Source: Bacteroidetes bacterium RIFCSPLOWO2_12_FULL_35_15
GTDB taxonomy: Bacteria > Bacteroidota > Bacteroidia > 2-12-FULL-35-15
Reading direction: 5' to 3'
Length of the DNA: 64,000 nt
Assembly: GCA_001769385.1 (NCBI GenBank)
Contig: MEPB01000068.1
Span: forward strand, 63,917-127,916
The notes under the pieces are model-generated. The model was not told where the DNA came from. It searched no databases and saw only the letters and a list, made by a program, of their open reading frames with translations. Below, one piece after another: positions 54,838 to 64,000 of this stretch. Numbering within the stretch: position 1 is the stretch's first letter; every line of letters begins with the position of its first letter. The position numbers were made by a program, and so were the translations under genes.

Positions 54838-56889
54838 ATGGAACACGTATCACACAATCAGAACGAAATGGATCATACTAAAATGGATCATACATCCCAC
54901 AGCAATCCTCCAATGGGGCACACAGGACATGATCATCACAAAATGATGGTTGATGATTTCAAAAAAAGATTTTATGTAACATTAATTATTACTATTCCGG
55001 TGATGTTGCTTTCACCAATGATTCAGAAATGGTTTCATTTTAATTTTTCATTCGCAGGCTCCACCTATTTTCTCCTTGCACTTTCAACAATAATTTTCTT
55101 TTACGGTGGCTTACCATTTTTAAAAGGATTGATGGATGAATTAAAACAAAAAGCATTAGGTATGATGACTTTGATCGCTGTTGCCATTACAGCCTCATAC
55201 ACATACAGCGTTGCAACTGTTTTTGGTTTGCAGGGCATGGATTTTTTCTGGGAACTCTGCACACTCATTTTAATAATGTTATTAGGACATTGGATTGAAA
55301 TGAAATCTGTAGCCGGTGCTTCACGCGAATTAGAATTATTGGTTCAGCTCATGCCATCCAAAGCACACATGCTAATGGGAGATATAATGCACGAAGTAAA
55401 AACAGATTCACTCAAAGAAGGGGATTTGATTTTGATAAAGCCGGGAGAAAATGTTGCAGCTGACGGAATTATTTCAGAAGGAGAGAGTTATTTGAATGAA
55501 TCCATGCTAACAGGTGAATCTGTTCCCGTAAAAAAACAAAAAGGAGAAAAAGTAATTGCCGGTTCGATTAACGGAAACGGTTCCCTGAAAGTAAAAGTAA
55601 GTCATGCTTCAAAAGATTCCTACTTATCAAGAGTGATCAAATTGGTGGACGATGCACAAAAAACAAAATCAAAAACTCAATTACTTGCAGATAAAGCAGC
55701 GCGTATCCTTACCATCGTTGCATTGCTTGCCGGTTTTTCAACCTTCTTTTTTTGGTCGGTGATTGCAGATGAACCCTTGGTATTTGCGTTGGAAAGAATG
55801 GTAACGGTGATTGTGATTTGCTGTCCTCATGCATTAGGATTAGCTGTTCCTTTGGTTGTTTCTATTTCAACATCCCTCTCAGCAAAAAATGGTTTGCTTA
55901 TTAAAAACAGAACAGCATTTGAGAATGCCAGAAAAATAACGACCATCATTTTTGATAAAACAGGAACACTGACTTTTGGAAAATTTGAAGTCGTACGCAT
56001 AGTTCCCATTTCCTTTGGAGATGGGGGAGGAGTGAAGTCAGATGAAAAAGAATTAATTTATCTCGCGGCAGCATTAGAACAAAATTCCGAACATCCGATT
56101 GCAACAGGAATCATTGTAAAAGCAAAAGAGTTGGCAGTTAAAATTCCAACAGTAAATAATTTTAATGCCATTACCGGAAAAGGAATAGAAGCTGAATTAG
56201 AAGGGAAAAATGTTAAAGTGGTAAGTCCGGGTTATCTGAAAGAAAATAAAATTGCATTGCCCGAAAATTATTCAAGCACCAAGGCAGAAACAATTGTGTT
56301 TATTATTCTAAATAATCAACTGACAGGATATATTGCCCTTGCGGATAAAATTCGTCCTGAAGCTTATGATGCAATTAATATACTTCATGAAAATGGAATC
56401 AAATCAATATTGCTCACCGGTGATAACCAAACAGTAGCAAAAAGTGTAAGTGAGGCATTAAAGATGGATGGATTCTTTGCTGAAGTATTACCCCATCAGA
56501 AATTAGAAAAAATAAAAGAGTTGCAGGGCAAAGGAGAATTTGTGGCCATGGCTGGTGATGGAGTGAACGATGCACCGGCATTAGCACAAGCAGATATTGG
56601 AATTGCAGTAGGAAGCGGAAGTGATATTGCAGCTGAAACAGCAGGAATTATTTTAGTGAACAGTAATCCTAAAGACATTACAAGTTTGATATTATTTGGC
56701 AAGGCAACCTACAAAAAAATGATCCAGAATTTAATTTGGGCAACCGGATACAATGTAATTGCATTACCATTAGCAGCAGGAGTTCTTTACAAATGGAACA
56801 TCATGCTAAGTCCTGCAGCAGGAGCAGTGCTTATGAGTTTAAGCACTGTTATTGTTGCAATCAATGCGAAATTCCTTAACCTGAAATAG
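54838..56889 (+). CDS. copB: Copper-translocating P1B-3 type ATPase
   Basis: His/Met-rich N-terminus, TGES, CPHALG, DKTGTLT, SEHP, GDGVNDAPAL, YN and MSLS motifs. Confidence 0.9.
   Translation: MEHVSHNQNEMDHTKMDHTSHSNPPMGHTGHDHHKMMVDDFKKRFYVTLIITIPVMLLSPMIQKWFHFNFSFAGSTYFLLALSTIIFFYGGLPFLKGLMDELKQKALGMMTLIAVAITASYTYSVATVFGLQGMDFFWELCTLILIMLLGHWIEMKSVAGASRELELLVQLMPSKAHMLMGDIMHEVKTDSLKEGDLILIKPGENVAADGIISEGESYLNESMLTGESVPVKKQKGEKVIAGSINGNGSLKVKVSHASKDSYLSRVIKLVDDAQKTKSKTQLLADKAARILTIVALLAGFSTFFFWSVIADEPLVFALERMVTVIVICCPHALGLAVPLVVSISTSLSAKNGLLIKNRTAFENARKITTIIFDKTGTLTFGKFEVVRIVPISFGDGGGVKSDEKELIYLAAALEQNSEHPIATGIIVKAKELAVKIPTVNNFNAITGKGIEAELEGKNVKVVSPGYLKENKIALPENYSSTKAETIVFIILNNQLTGYIALADKIRPEAYDAINILHENGIKSILLTGDNQTVAKSVSEALKMDGFFAEVLPHQKLEKIKELQGKGEFVAMAGDGVNDAPALAQADIGIAVGSGSDIAAETAGIILVNSNPKDITSLILFGKATYKKMIQNLIWATGYNVIALPLAAGVLYKWNIMLSPAAGAVLMSLSTVIVAINAKFLNLK
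56005..56037 (+). repeat. Family B hairpin repeat embedded in frame in copB
   Basis: CCCATTTCC-TTT-GGAGATGGG GGAGGAGTGAAG, translated as PISFGDGGGVK. Confidence 0.6.
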
Positions 56890-56931
56890 ATTTTTCACAC
56901 ATTTTATTTTAAATCTTTTTTATTTTACAAA

Positions 56932-58200
56932 CTAGTGATCATTTAATGGTAATCCTCTTCTTTGAAACTCTGTCCAGTTAAGGTATTCAGCACCTTTGCG
57001 TTGTTCCACCATGGTAATGCAATCATTAACCGGACAAACAATTTTACATAAATTACAACCAACACATTCTTCTTCTTTTATCTTATAAGTATTGTAAGGG
57101 TTGCCTTGTTCAATTGAAATCGCTTGGTGGGAAGTATCTTCACATGCGATGTAACACAAACCGCAATGAATACACTTTTCATTATTTATATTTGCGACAA
57201 TGTGAAAATTGATGTCCAGCTCTTCCCATTTGGATATTTTAGGAACTGATAAGCCAATAAAATCTTCAAGGTTTTTATATCCTTTTTCATCCATCCAATT
57301 ATTTAATCCATCACACATATCCCTTATAATATTGAATCCGCTGATCATTACAGCGGTGCATACCTGAACATTACTTGCACCAAGCAACATAAATTCTGCT
57401 GCGTCTTTCCAGGTTGAAATGCCACCGATCCCAGAAATAGGGGTATTACGGGTTTTCTCATCCTGCGCAAGTGTTGTTAAAAATTTTAACGCTATTGGTT
57501 TCACTGCTGGTCCGCAATATCCGCCAAAAGCTGATTGCCCACCAACGTTCGGACTTGGCACCAGTGTATCCAGATCAATTCCTGTAACAGATTGTATGGT
57601 GTTGATAAGAGAAAGCCCATTTGAGCCTGCTTCTATAACTGCTCTTCCTATTGGAACAACGGAGTGTACATTGGGGGTAAGTTTTGTGATAACAGGAATA
57701 GTTGCAACTTCCATCACCCATTCAACAACCATTTTTGCAATTTCTGGATCCTGGCCAACTGCCGCACCCATTCCTCTTTCAACCATCCCATGCGGGCAGC
57801 CGAAGTTTAATTCTAATCCATGAGCCCCGGTATCCTGAGCTTTTTTAACCATTTCATGCCAGCTCTTTTTGTCATTATCAGCCATCAGTGAAATAATCAT
57901 TGCCCTGTCAGGAAATAATTTTAATACTTCTTTTATTTCTTTTAAATTTATTTCTAATGGTCGGTCAGAAATAAGTTCAATATTGTTAAATCCAACTACT
58001 TTTTTTCCGTTATAATTTAAAGAAGAGTATCTGGATGACACATTTTTAACCTGTGAACCAAGTGTTTTCCATACCACTCCGCCCCAACCGGCTTCAAATG
58101 CACGTATAACATTAATTTTTTTATCAGTTGGTGGAGCAGACGCTAACCAAAAAGGATTGGGTGATTTTATGCCTAAAAAATTGGATTGTAAGTTTGCCAT
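56932..58200 (-). CDS. preA: NAD-dependent dihydropyrimidine dehydrogenase subunit PreA
   Basis: NPFWLASAPPTD, NNIELISDRP, ELNFGCPHGM.ERGMG, KLTPN and C-terminal 2x[4Fe-4S] motifs. Confidence 0.95.
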   Translation of the reverse strand: MANLQSNFLGIKSPNPFWLASAPPTDKKINVIRAFEAGWGGVVWKTLGSQVKNVSSRYSSLNYNGKKVVGFNNIELISDRPLEINLKEIKEVLKLFPDRAMIISLMADNDKKSWHEMVKKAQDTGAHGLELNFGCPHGMVERGMGAAVGQDPEIAKMVVEWVMEVATIPVITKLTPNVHSVVPIGRAVIEAGSNGLSLINTIQSVTGIDLDTLVPSPNVGGQSAFGGYCGPAVKPIALKFLTTLAQDEKTRNTPISGIGGISTWKDAAEFMLLGASNVQVCTAVMISGFNIIRDMCDGLNNWMDEKGYKNLEDFIGLSVPKISKWEELDINFHIVANINNEKCIHCGLCYIACEDTSHQAISIEQGNPYNTYKIKEEECVGCNLCKIVCPVNDCITMVEQRKGAEYLNWTEFQRRGLPLNDH

Positions 58201-58215
58201 GATTTTTTAATTTAC

Positions 58216-58258
58216 CTCACCCTTCATCCCTCTCCGAAGGAGAGGGATGAAGGGTGAG
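58216..58258. repeat. Family B element, fully palindromic form (20-bp perfect stem)
   Basis: CTCACCCTTCATCCCTCTCC-GAA-GGAGAGGGATGAAGGGTGAG. Confidence 0.8.
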
Positions 58259-58308
58259 TTGGTGAAAAATAATCTTTTTTGTTAATGTCATTTATCTTTG
58301 AGTCCAGC

Positions 58309-58343
58309 CTCCTCTCCTTTGGAGAGGAGATTAAGAGGTGAGG
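58309..58343 (+). repeat. Family B repeat overlapping the 3' end of preT
   Basis: CTCCTCTCC-TTT-GGAGAGGAG ATTAAGAGGTGAGG; includes the preT stop at 58331-58333. Confidence 0.75.
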
Positions 58344-59671
58344 TATTCTAAAATCCCTTTTGCTCCGTCTTTTCCGGCCTGAACAGCATCTACAACTTCT
58401 TTGCCTCCATTTACCGCATCGCCACCGGCAAAAACGCCTTTAAGGGTTGTTTCAGATTTTTTGTTTATTGAAATTTTTCCACTTTTATTTTCAAGCGATG
58501 ATTTGCTTACAAGTTCTTCAAACGGGATCTGACCTGCTGCTTTTATTACCATATCTACATCAATAGTAAATGTTTCACCAGTATCAACCGGAGCTCTTCG
58601 TCCAGAAGCATCGGGCTCCCCCAGTTTCATTTTGCTGCAAACTAATTTTTTTACTTTCCCATTTTCTCCTATTATTTCTTTCGGATTTGCAAGCCAAACG
58701 ATGGAACAACCATCAAGTTTTGCAAGATCCAATTCAACATCAGTACATGGTTTTTCATTTTCTGTTCTTCGGTAAATCATAGTTACTTCTTTTGCACCAA
58801 GCCTTTTGGATTGTGTGGCAGCATCTATCGCGGTCATTCCCATTCCAATCACAGCAACTTTATCACCTACAGGAGTTTTTGAAAAATCAGTTGTGCGAAG
58901 GTTATAAATAAATGAAATCGCATCTTCAACACCTTCCAGTTCTTCACCCGGAATATCCAATCTGCGTGCTATTCCAACACCGATTCCTAAAAACACAGCA
59001 TCGTATTTTTGTTGCAGTTCAGGAAGTGTAATATCGGTGCCAAGTGCTTTTTTATAGTGAATATCAATGCCGCCTACCGAAAGAATATAATCCACTTCAT
59101 TTTTACAAAACTCAGGAGTAACCTTGTAGGCAGCCACTCCATAAGTCATGAGTCCTCCACCTTTTTCTTCTTTTTCGAAAATGGTAACATCAACTCCCTG
59201 AAGTGATAATGCATGTGCACAAGCCAATCCCGCAGGACCGGCTCCAACTACTGCTACTTTTTTTCCAATAGAAGGCTTACGATTAAATAATTTCCATTTT
59301 CCTGCAATTGCTTTTTCGGTTGAATAACGTTGAAGCTTAGCAATGGATATTGGTTTTTCCTGAAGCAAATTATAAACACAAGCGCCTTCGCAAAGTTTTT
59401 CTACCGGACAAACTTTTGAGCAAGCGCCACCCATAATGTTGGAAGAAAAAATTGTTTTTGCTGATCCTTTAATATTTCCGGAAGAAATTTGCTTGATAAA
59501 CAAAGGAACGTCAATGCTTGTTGGACACAATTTTGTGCAAGGTGCATCATAGCAGGAAAGACATCTGTTAGCTTCAATCACAGCTCCTTCAATATGTTCA
59601 AAGGGAGGGTGAATATCTGAAAAATTATTTTCAAATTCTTGTGGAGACAAACGATTATTTTGAATGGACAT
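58331..59671 (-). CDS. preT: Dihydropyrimidine dehydrogenase subunit PreT (GltD-like)
   Basis: EANRCLSCYDAPC...CP, VCPVEKLCEGAC, GAGPAG, GMGMTAIDAA and GGDAVNGG motifs; adjacent to preA. Confidence 0.92.
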   Translation of the reverse strand: MSIQNNRLSPQEFENNFSDIHPPFEHIEGAVIEANRCLSCYDAPCTKLCPTSIDVPLFIKQISSGNIKGSAKTIFSSNIMGGACSKVCPVEKLCEGACVYNLLQEKPISIAKLQRYSTEKAIAGKWKLFNRKPSIGKKVAVVGAGPAGLACAHALSLQGVDVTIFEKEEKGGGLMTYGVAAYKVTPEFCKNEVDYILSVGGIDIHYKKALGTDITLPELQQKYDAVFLGIGVGIARRLDIPGEELEGVEDAISFIYNLRTTDFSKTPVGDKVAVIGMGMTAIDAATQSKRLGAKEVTMIYRRTENEKPCTDVELDLAKLDGCSIVWLANPKEIIGENGKVKKLVCSKMKLGEPDASGRRAPVDTGETFTIDVDMVIKAAGQIPFEELVSKSSLENKSGKISINKKSETTLKGVFAGGDAVNGGKEVVDAVQAGKDGAKGILEYLTS

Positions 59672-59760
59672 TATTAGATATTAGTTATTGGTTATTAAGT
59701 TATCAGTTATTGGGGCATTAACTTTAATTACAGATTAAATTTTAGTGCTTCACCAATCGC

Positions 59761-59793
59761 CCCTCTCTTATGGAGAGGGATTAAGGAGTGAGG
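59761..59793 (+). repeat. Family B hairpin repeat
   Basis: CCCTCTC-TTATG-GAGAGGG ATTAAGGAGTGAGG. Confidence 0.75.
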
Positions 59794-59799
59794 TGTTTT

Positions 59800-60666
59800 T
59801 TATAGTTCAGTAATTTTTCCATAAGTTTCAGGTCTTCTGTCTCTGAAAAATTGCCAGGTTGATCTTACTTCATCAATCATGTCGAGATCAAAATCTGCAA
59901 TTAACAGTTCATCATTATCTTCAGAAGCACAGGCAAATATTTGTCCGCGTGGATCAACAAAATAAGAACTACCATAAAATCTGCCAAGGTTCCATGGCTT
60001 TTCAATTCCAACTCTATTGATACATCCCATAAAATATCCGTTAGCAGCAGCATGTGCAGGTTGTTCTAGTTTCCACAGATACTGAGATAAACCGGCAACA
60101 GTAGCAGATGGATTATAAACTATTTCAGCACCATTTAATCCCAAACATCTTGCGCCATCAGGAAAATGTCTGTCGTAGCAAATATAAACCCCTATTTTAG
60201 CATACTTTGTCTGAAACACCGGGTAACCAAGGTTTCCAGGTTTGAAGAAAAATTTCTCCCAAAATCCGGTTGTTTGAGGAATATGATTTTTTCTGTATTT
60301 CCCAAGATACGTTCCATCAGCATCAATCACTGCGGCAGTATTATATAAAACGCCTGCTTGTTCCTTTTCATAAATAGGAACAATAATTACCATATTGTAT
60401 TTTTTTGCATAGGTCGCCATCAATTCTGTGGTTGGCCCGGGTACTGATTCTGCTGATTCATACCATTTTTTATCTTGTCCCGGACAGAAATAAGGGGTGT
60501 TAAATATTTCCTGAAGGCATAAGATCTGAACTCCTTTTTTTCCTGCTTCTTCAATATATGGAATATGTTTTTGCACCATTGCATTACAAATTTCCTGGAT
60601 ACTTCCTTCTCCTTCTGTTAGCGGCAGACTCATTTGTATAAGTCCTGATTTAATAATTCTTGACAT
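59800..60666 (-). CDS. Nitrilase-family beta-ureidopropionase (N-carbamoyl-beta-alanine amidohydrolase)
   Basis: CLQEIF, YRKNHIP and ICYDRHFP (Glu-Lys-Cys triad); located between hydA and preT. Confidence 0.85.
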   Translation of the reverse strand: MSRIIKSGLIQMSLPLTEGEGSIQEICNAMVQKHIPYIEEAGKKGVQILCLQEIFNTPYFCPGQDKKWYESAESVPGPTTELMATYAKKYNMVIIVPIYEKEQAGVLYNTAAVIDADGTYLGKYRKNHIPQTTGFWEKFFFKPGNLGYPVFQTKYAKIGVYICYDRHFPDGARCLGLNGAEIVYNPSATVAGLSQYLWKLEQPAHAAANGYFMGCINRVGIEKPWNLGRFYGSSYFVDPRGQIFACASEDNDELLIADFDLDMIDEVRSTWQFFRDRRPETYGKITEL

Positions 60667-60770
60667 AGGTATTTAGTTTAGAGTTAATAATAGTTTGAAC
60701 GCTGTTGATGCTGTTTTTTTATGGTTTAAATGATTTCTATTGTGTTTGATATTAAATTATATGCGTTCCA

Positions 60771-62150
60771 TTAAACTAAAGAAAACTTATTTCTTTTAAT
60801 GAACTTTCCATATCCTTTTTCAACTAATAGTTTATTGTTATCCACTGCCACTTTTCCTCTTAAAATAATTGTTTTGCATTTACCGGTTATTTCCCATCCT
60901 TCGTAACTTGAATAATCACAATTCATATGATGAGTTTTTGCGGAAATGGTATGTTTTTCATTCGGATCTAAAATCACGATATCGGCATCTGAACCAACAG
61001 CAATAGTGCCTTTTTGAGGATACATGCCAAAAATTTTAGCTGCATTGGTAGAACTAACTTCCACAAATTTGTTTAAACTTATTTTGTTTTTTAATACCCC
61101 TTCCGAAAATAATAATTCCATCCTGTTTTCTATTGCAGGAGATCCATTTGGAATTTTTGAAAAATCTTTTTCTCCCATTTTCTTTTGTTCCAACATGAAT
61201 GGGCAATGATCTGTTGCAACTACTTGTACGCTTCCCTGATTGATTCCTGCCCAAAGACCTGCCTGATCTTTTTTCTCTCTTATAGGAGGACTCATTACCC
61301 ACTTGGCTGACTCAAATCCTTTGTCATAAACTGACGCATCCAATACCAAATATTGAATACACGTTTCTACAAAAACTTTTTGATTTCTTTTTGCGGCATC
61401 TCTGATATGATTAAGTGCATTCTCGCTGGTCATGTGAACAATATATGCAGGAACACCGGTATGATGCGCCATATCTGCAAAACGGTTTGAGGCTTCACTT
61501 TCTGTAATTTCGGGCTGTGATAAATAATGATATAAAGGAGAAAGTTTCCCTTCTGATTTATGTTTTGCAACCAGGTAATCGATCATGTCGCCATTGGTGG
61601 CATGAGTGGTAACCATTCCTCCCTGTTTTTTTACTTCATTCATCAAGCCAACCATTTGCTTGTCATCGATCATTAAAGCTCCTTTGTAGGCCATAAAAGT
61701 TTTGAAAGAAGTGATGCCTTCTTTTTCAATCATATCTTTTATTTCGGATTTTGTTTCTTCGTTGAAATCAGTTACTGCCATGTGAAAAGAATAATCTCCA
61801 ACAGCATTTCCATCTGAGCGGCCTTTCCATTCGTTGAGCGCAGAATACAATGATTTACCTTGTGTTTGAAGTACAAAATCTATTACCATTGTTGTTCCAC
61901 CAAACAGGGCAGCACTTGTTCCTGTTTCATAATTATCACTGGAGTATGTTCCCATAAAAGGCATGTCCAGATGAACATGTGGGTCAATTCCACCGGGTAT
62001 TACAAATTTATTTTTTGCATCAATAACCTGGTCAGCTTTAATATCAAGGTTTGTACCTATGGTTGATATTTTATCGTTTTCAATAAAAATATCAGCAACA
62101 TAGTCGTCAGCAGCAGTTATGATTCTTCCGTTTTTGATCAGTAATGACAT
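60771..62150 (-). CDS. hydA: Dihydropyrimidinase
   Basis: PGGIDPHVHL, SFKTFMAYK, YIVHM, MSPP and ATDHCPF motifs. Confidence 0.94.
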   Translation of the reverse strand: MSLLIKNGRIITAADDYVADIFIENDKISTIGTNLDIKADQVIDAKNKFVIPGGIDPHVHLDMPFMGTYSSDNYETGTSAALFGGTTMVIDFVLQTQGKSLYSALNEWKGRSDGNAVGDYSFHMAVTDFNEETKSEIKDMIEKEGITSFKTFMAYKGALMIDDKQMVGLMNEVKKQGGMVTTHATNGDMIDYLVAKHKSEGKLSPLYHYLSQPEITESEASNRFADMAHHTGVPAYIVHMTSENALNHIRDAAKRNQKVFVETCIQYLVLDASVYDKGFESAKWVMSPPIREKKDQAGLWAGINQGSVQVVATDHCPFMLEQKKMGEKDFSKIPNGSPAIENRMELLFSEGVLKNKISLNKFVEVSSTNAAKIFGMYPQKGTIAVGSDADIVILDPNEKHTISAKTHHMNCDYSSYEGWEITGKCKTIILRGKVAVDNNKLLVEKGYGKFIKRNKFSLV

Positions 62151-62497
62151 TATTTAAAGTTTTTTGATGAGTTTAAATTATATTATTTTAATAAAAATAG
62201 ATAAACAAATTGTAAAACGAAAATTAAGTTAACCTTATGAAAAATGAAAAAACTATTTTCATTGACATTTGATTTTAAAATTATGATTTTTTTATTTGAA
62301 AACGGTTGCAGAATTAGATAGAAGATCCTAAGAATTCTTGTAGGTTGTTCGTTTCAGTAAATATGTTAAACAAATATAATATTTTTTCTTTTTGAAAAGA
62401 AGTTTTTAAAATTTGACAAAAAAAACAACTTATAACTTTAGTTCGATTAATAATGTATTTTAATAAATGCTTGCAGCCTTTTATTTATAAGCAATTT

Positions 62498-62588
62498 GCC
62501 ATTTTGAGCCCTTCGGCTGGGCTCAGGATAAACTCTGCGAAAATCTTTTTATTGACCAGCAAGATGTTTCATTCCATTCAGCATGATT
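62498..62588. repeat. Degenerate palindromic repeat related to family A and its insert
   Basis: GCCATTTTGAGCCCTTCGGCTGGGCTCAGGATAAACT...AAAATCT...AGATGTTTCATTCCATTCAGCATGA. Confidence 0.55.
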
Positions 62589-62662
62589 AAAAAAAATAAC
62601 AAACAATTTATTGAATAGCCCGGTTCATTTGGTTTCCAATGAATTAGTAAACGAACTCAGGT

Positions 62663-63097
62663 TCATAGTTCACCAATATCTTCATTCCATAATTTTGGAT
62701 TTTTTTCAATAAACTCTTTCATCATATTTTTACATTCCTCATTGTTCATATCAATAACTTCAACCCCATGCGCTTCCATAAATTCTTTAGCTCCCGAAAA
62801 AGTTTCGGATTCACCTGCATATACTTTTTTTATTCCGAATTGGACAACTGCACCAGCACATAAATAACAAGGCATTAGTGTTGAATAAAGAACGGTTCCT
62901 TTGTAACTGCCAACTCGTCCTGCATTTCGCAAACAATCAATTTCAGCATGGGTAACAGGATCATTATCCTGTACGCGTTTATTATGCCCGCGTCCAACTA
63001 TCTTTCCATCTTTTACCAAAACGCTTCCAATTGGAATTCCATTCTGACTCTGCCCGATCTTGGCTTCATCAATTGCAACTTTCATAAATTCGTTCAT
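62663..63097 (-). CDS. Zinc-dependent nucleoside/cytosine deaminase
   Basis: PIGSVLV, HAEIDC, PCYLC and WNEDIGE motifs. Confidence 0.9.
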   Translation of the reverse strand: MNEFMKVAIDEAKIGQSQNGIPIGSVLVKDGKIVGRGHNKRVQDNDPVTHAEIDCLRNAGRVGSYKGTVLYSTLMPCYLCAGAVVQFGIKKVYAGESETFSGAKEFMEAHGVEVIDMNNEECKNMMKEFIEKNPKLWNEDIGEL

Positions 63098-63133
63098 AGT
63101 ATTTTATTTAAAATGATTGTTTCTTATCAAACA

Positions 63134-63328
63134 AAAAATGGAACGCAGATTATTATGAAAACAGAGATTAAAAATGATTTGAAAATCTTAATTTATCATA
63201 TAAATAAGCGTCATCTGCTTTCTATTTTAACCAACAAAAAATGGAACGCAGATTATTATGAAAACAAAATTTAAAATATTTTTTAAAATCATTTTTGATC
63301 ATAAAGATCAGCTTCATCTGCGTTCTAT
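63134..63328. repeat. Two tandem about 102-bp imperfect hairpin units (GAACGCAGAT...CATCTGCGTTC)
   Basis: AAAAAATGGAACGCAGATTATTATGAAAACA occurs twice, each closed by CATCTGC(T/G)TTCTATTT; a weaker relative lies at about 60697-60770. Confidence 0.7.
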
Positions 63329-64000
63329 TTATTTCTTTCGCATCATTATCAAATACGTAATCCCTGAAACAAAGAACCCGACAAACCAGGCGTAATTATA
63401 AAGTTGAGAAATCCAGTGCCAAACAGCATCTTTATCAATAGCACCGATTGTTGTTAAAAAGCCAGGTATATTGGGAAGTATTCCAAAAATCAATGCAAGG
63501 ATGGCAAATTTATTAAATCCGTTTTCATACGTATAAATTCCTTTTAATTGATACAGATCTTTTACAACAAGATTCTGTTTGCGAATGAAATAATAATCAG
63601 CGATCATAATACCTCCAATAGGACCAAGCAGACTGGAATAAGCGATGAGCCAGGTGAATATATATCCGGATGGGTCTGCAATAAGTTTCCATGGAAATAT
63701 TAATAATCCAATGATACCGGTAATGTATCCACCTTTTTTAAAATCAATTTTTGAAGGGGATAAATTTGCAAAATCGTTTGCTGGACTCACAATATTGGCG
63801 GCAATATTTGTAGCCAGGGTTGAAAGTGTTACAGCAATCATTGCAATACTTACCAGCATTTTACTTTCAAATTTTCCGGCAAGAACCAATGGGTCCCAAA
63901 TTGTTTCACCATAAATAATAAGTGTTGCTGATGTTACTACTACTCCGATAAAAGAAAACAAGGTCATGGAAGCAGGAAGTGCAATTGCTTGTCCGATGAT
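63329..64000 (-). CDS. NCS1 family nucleobase:cation symporter (5' part outside window)
   Basis: IWDP, ATNIAANIVSPANDF, PWKL, LGPIGGIMIADYY and YAWFVG motifs; frame open to the window edge. Confidence 0.92.
   Translation of the reverse strand: MIGQAIALPASMTLFSFIGVVVTSATLIIYGETIWDPLVLAGKFESKMLVSIAMIAVTLSTLATNIAANIVSPANDFANLSPSKIDFKKGGYITGIIGLLIFPWKLIADPSGYIFTWLIAYSSLLGPIGGIMIADYYFIRKQNLVVKDLYQLKGIYTYENGFNKFAILALIFGILPNIPGFLTTIGAIDKDAVWHWISQLYNYAWFVGFFVSGITYLIMMRKK

Overview
AT-rich bacterial DNA with Bacteroidota hallmarks (TAnnTTTG -7 promoter elements, T9SS C-terminal sorting domains, sphingolipid genes). Contents in order: (1) 1-17159, a surface-polysaccharide locus (GT4 x3, GT2, two acetyltransferases, AsnB, Wzy-like polymerase) with an embedded DUF4956 / VTC polyphosphate-polymerase / two CotH kinases / metallophosphoesterase module and a small GIY-YIG nuclease gene inside palindromic repeat arrays. 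(2) 17679-34224, T9SS cargo proteins, a third CotH kinase followed by a decayed VTC pseudogene, two TPR-SpoIIE phosphatases and a PocR-PAS histidine kinase. (3) 34437-41143, a BON protein, a 1.5-kb largely non-coding gap holding two candidate minus-strand ncRNA transcription units (about 110 nt and about 500 nt), and a spt-SRPBCC-ceramide synthase-ceramide reductase operon. (4) 41184-45871, PAS/HNH/DUF3606 genes and a four-gene two-component cassette. (5) 46187-56889, a copper/heavy-metal efflux operon with a split CusA. (6) 56932-64000, reductive pyrimidine degradation genes. Best candidates for undescribed biology: the large structured ncRNA at about 35959-36455; the GIY-YIG gene occupying the loop of a dispersed palindromic repeat family; a six-promoter TGAY-N4-RTCA regulon with fixed geometry; and the VTC/DUF4956/CotH module. 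All protein calls come from motif recognition by eye; no database searches were run.
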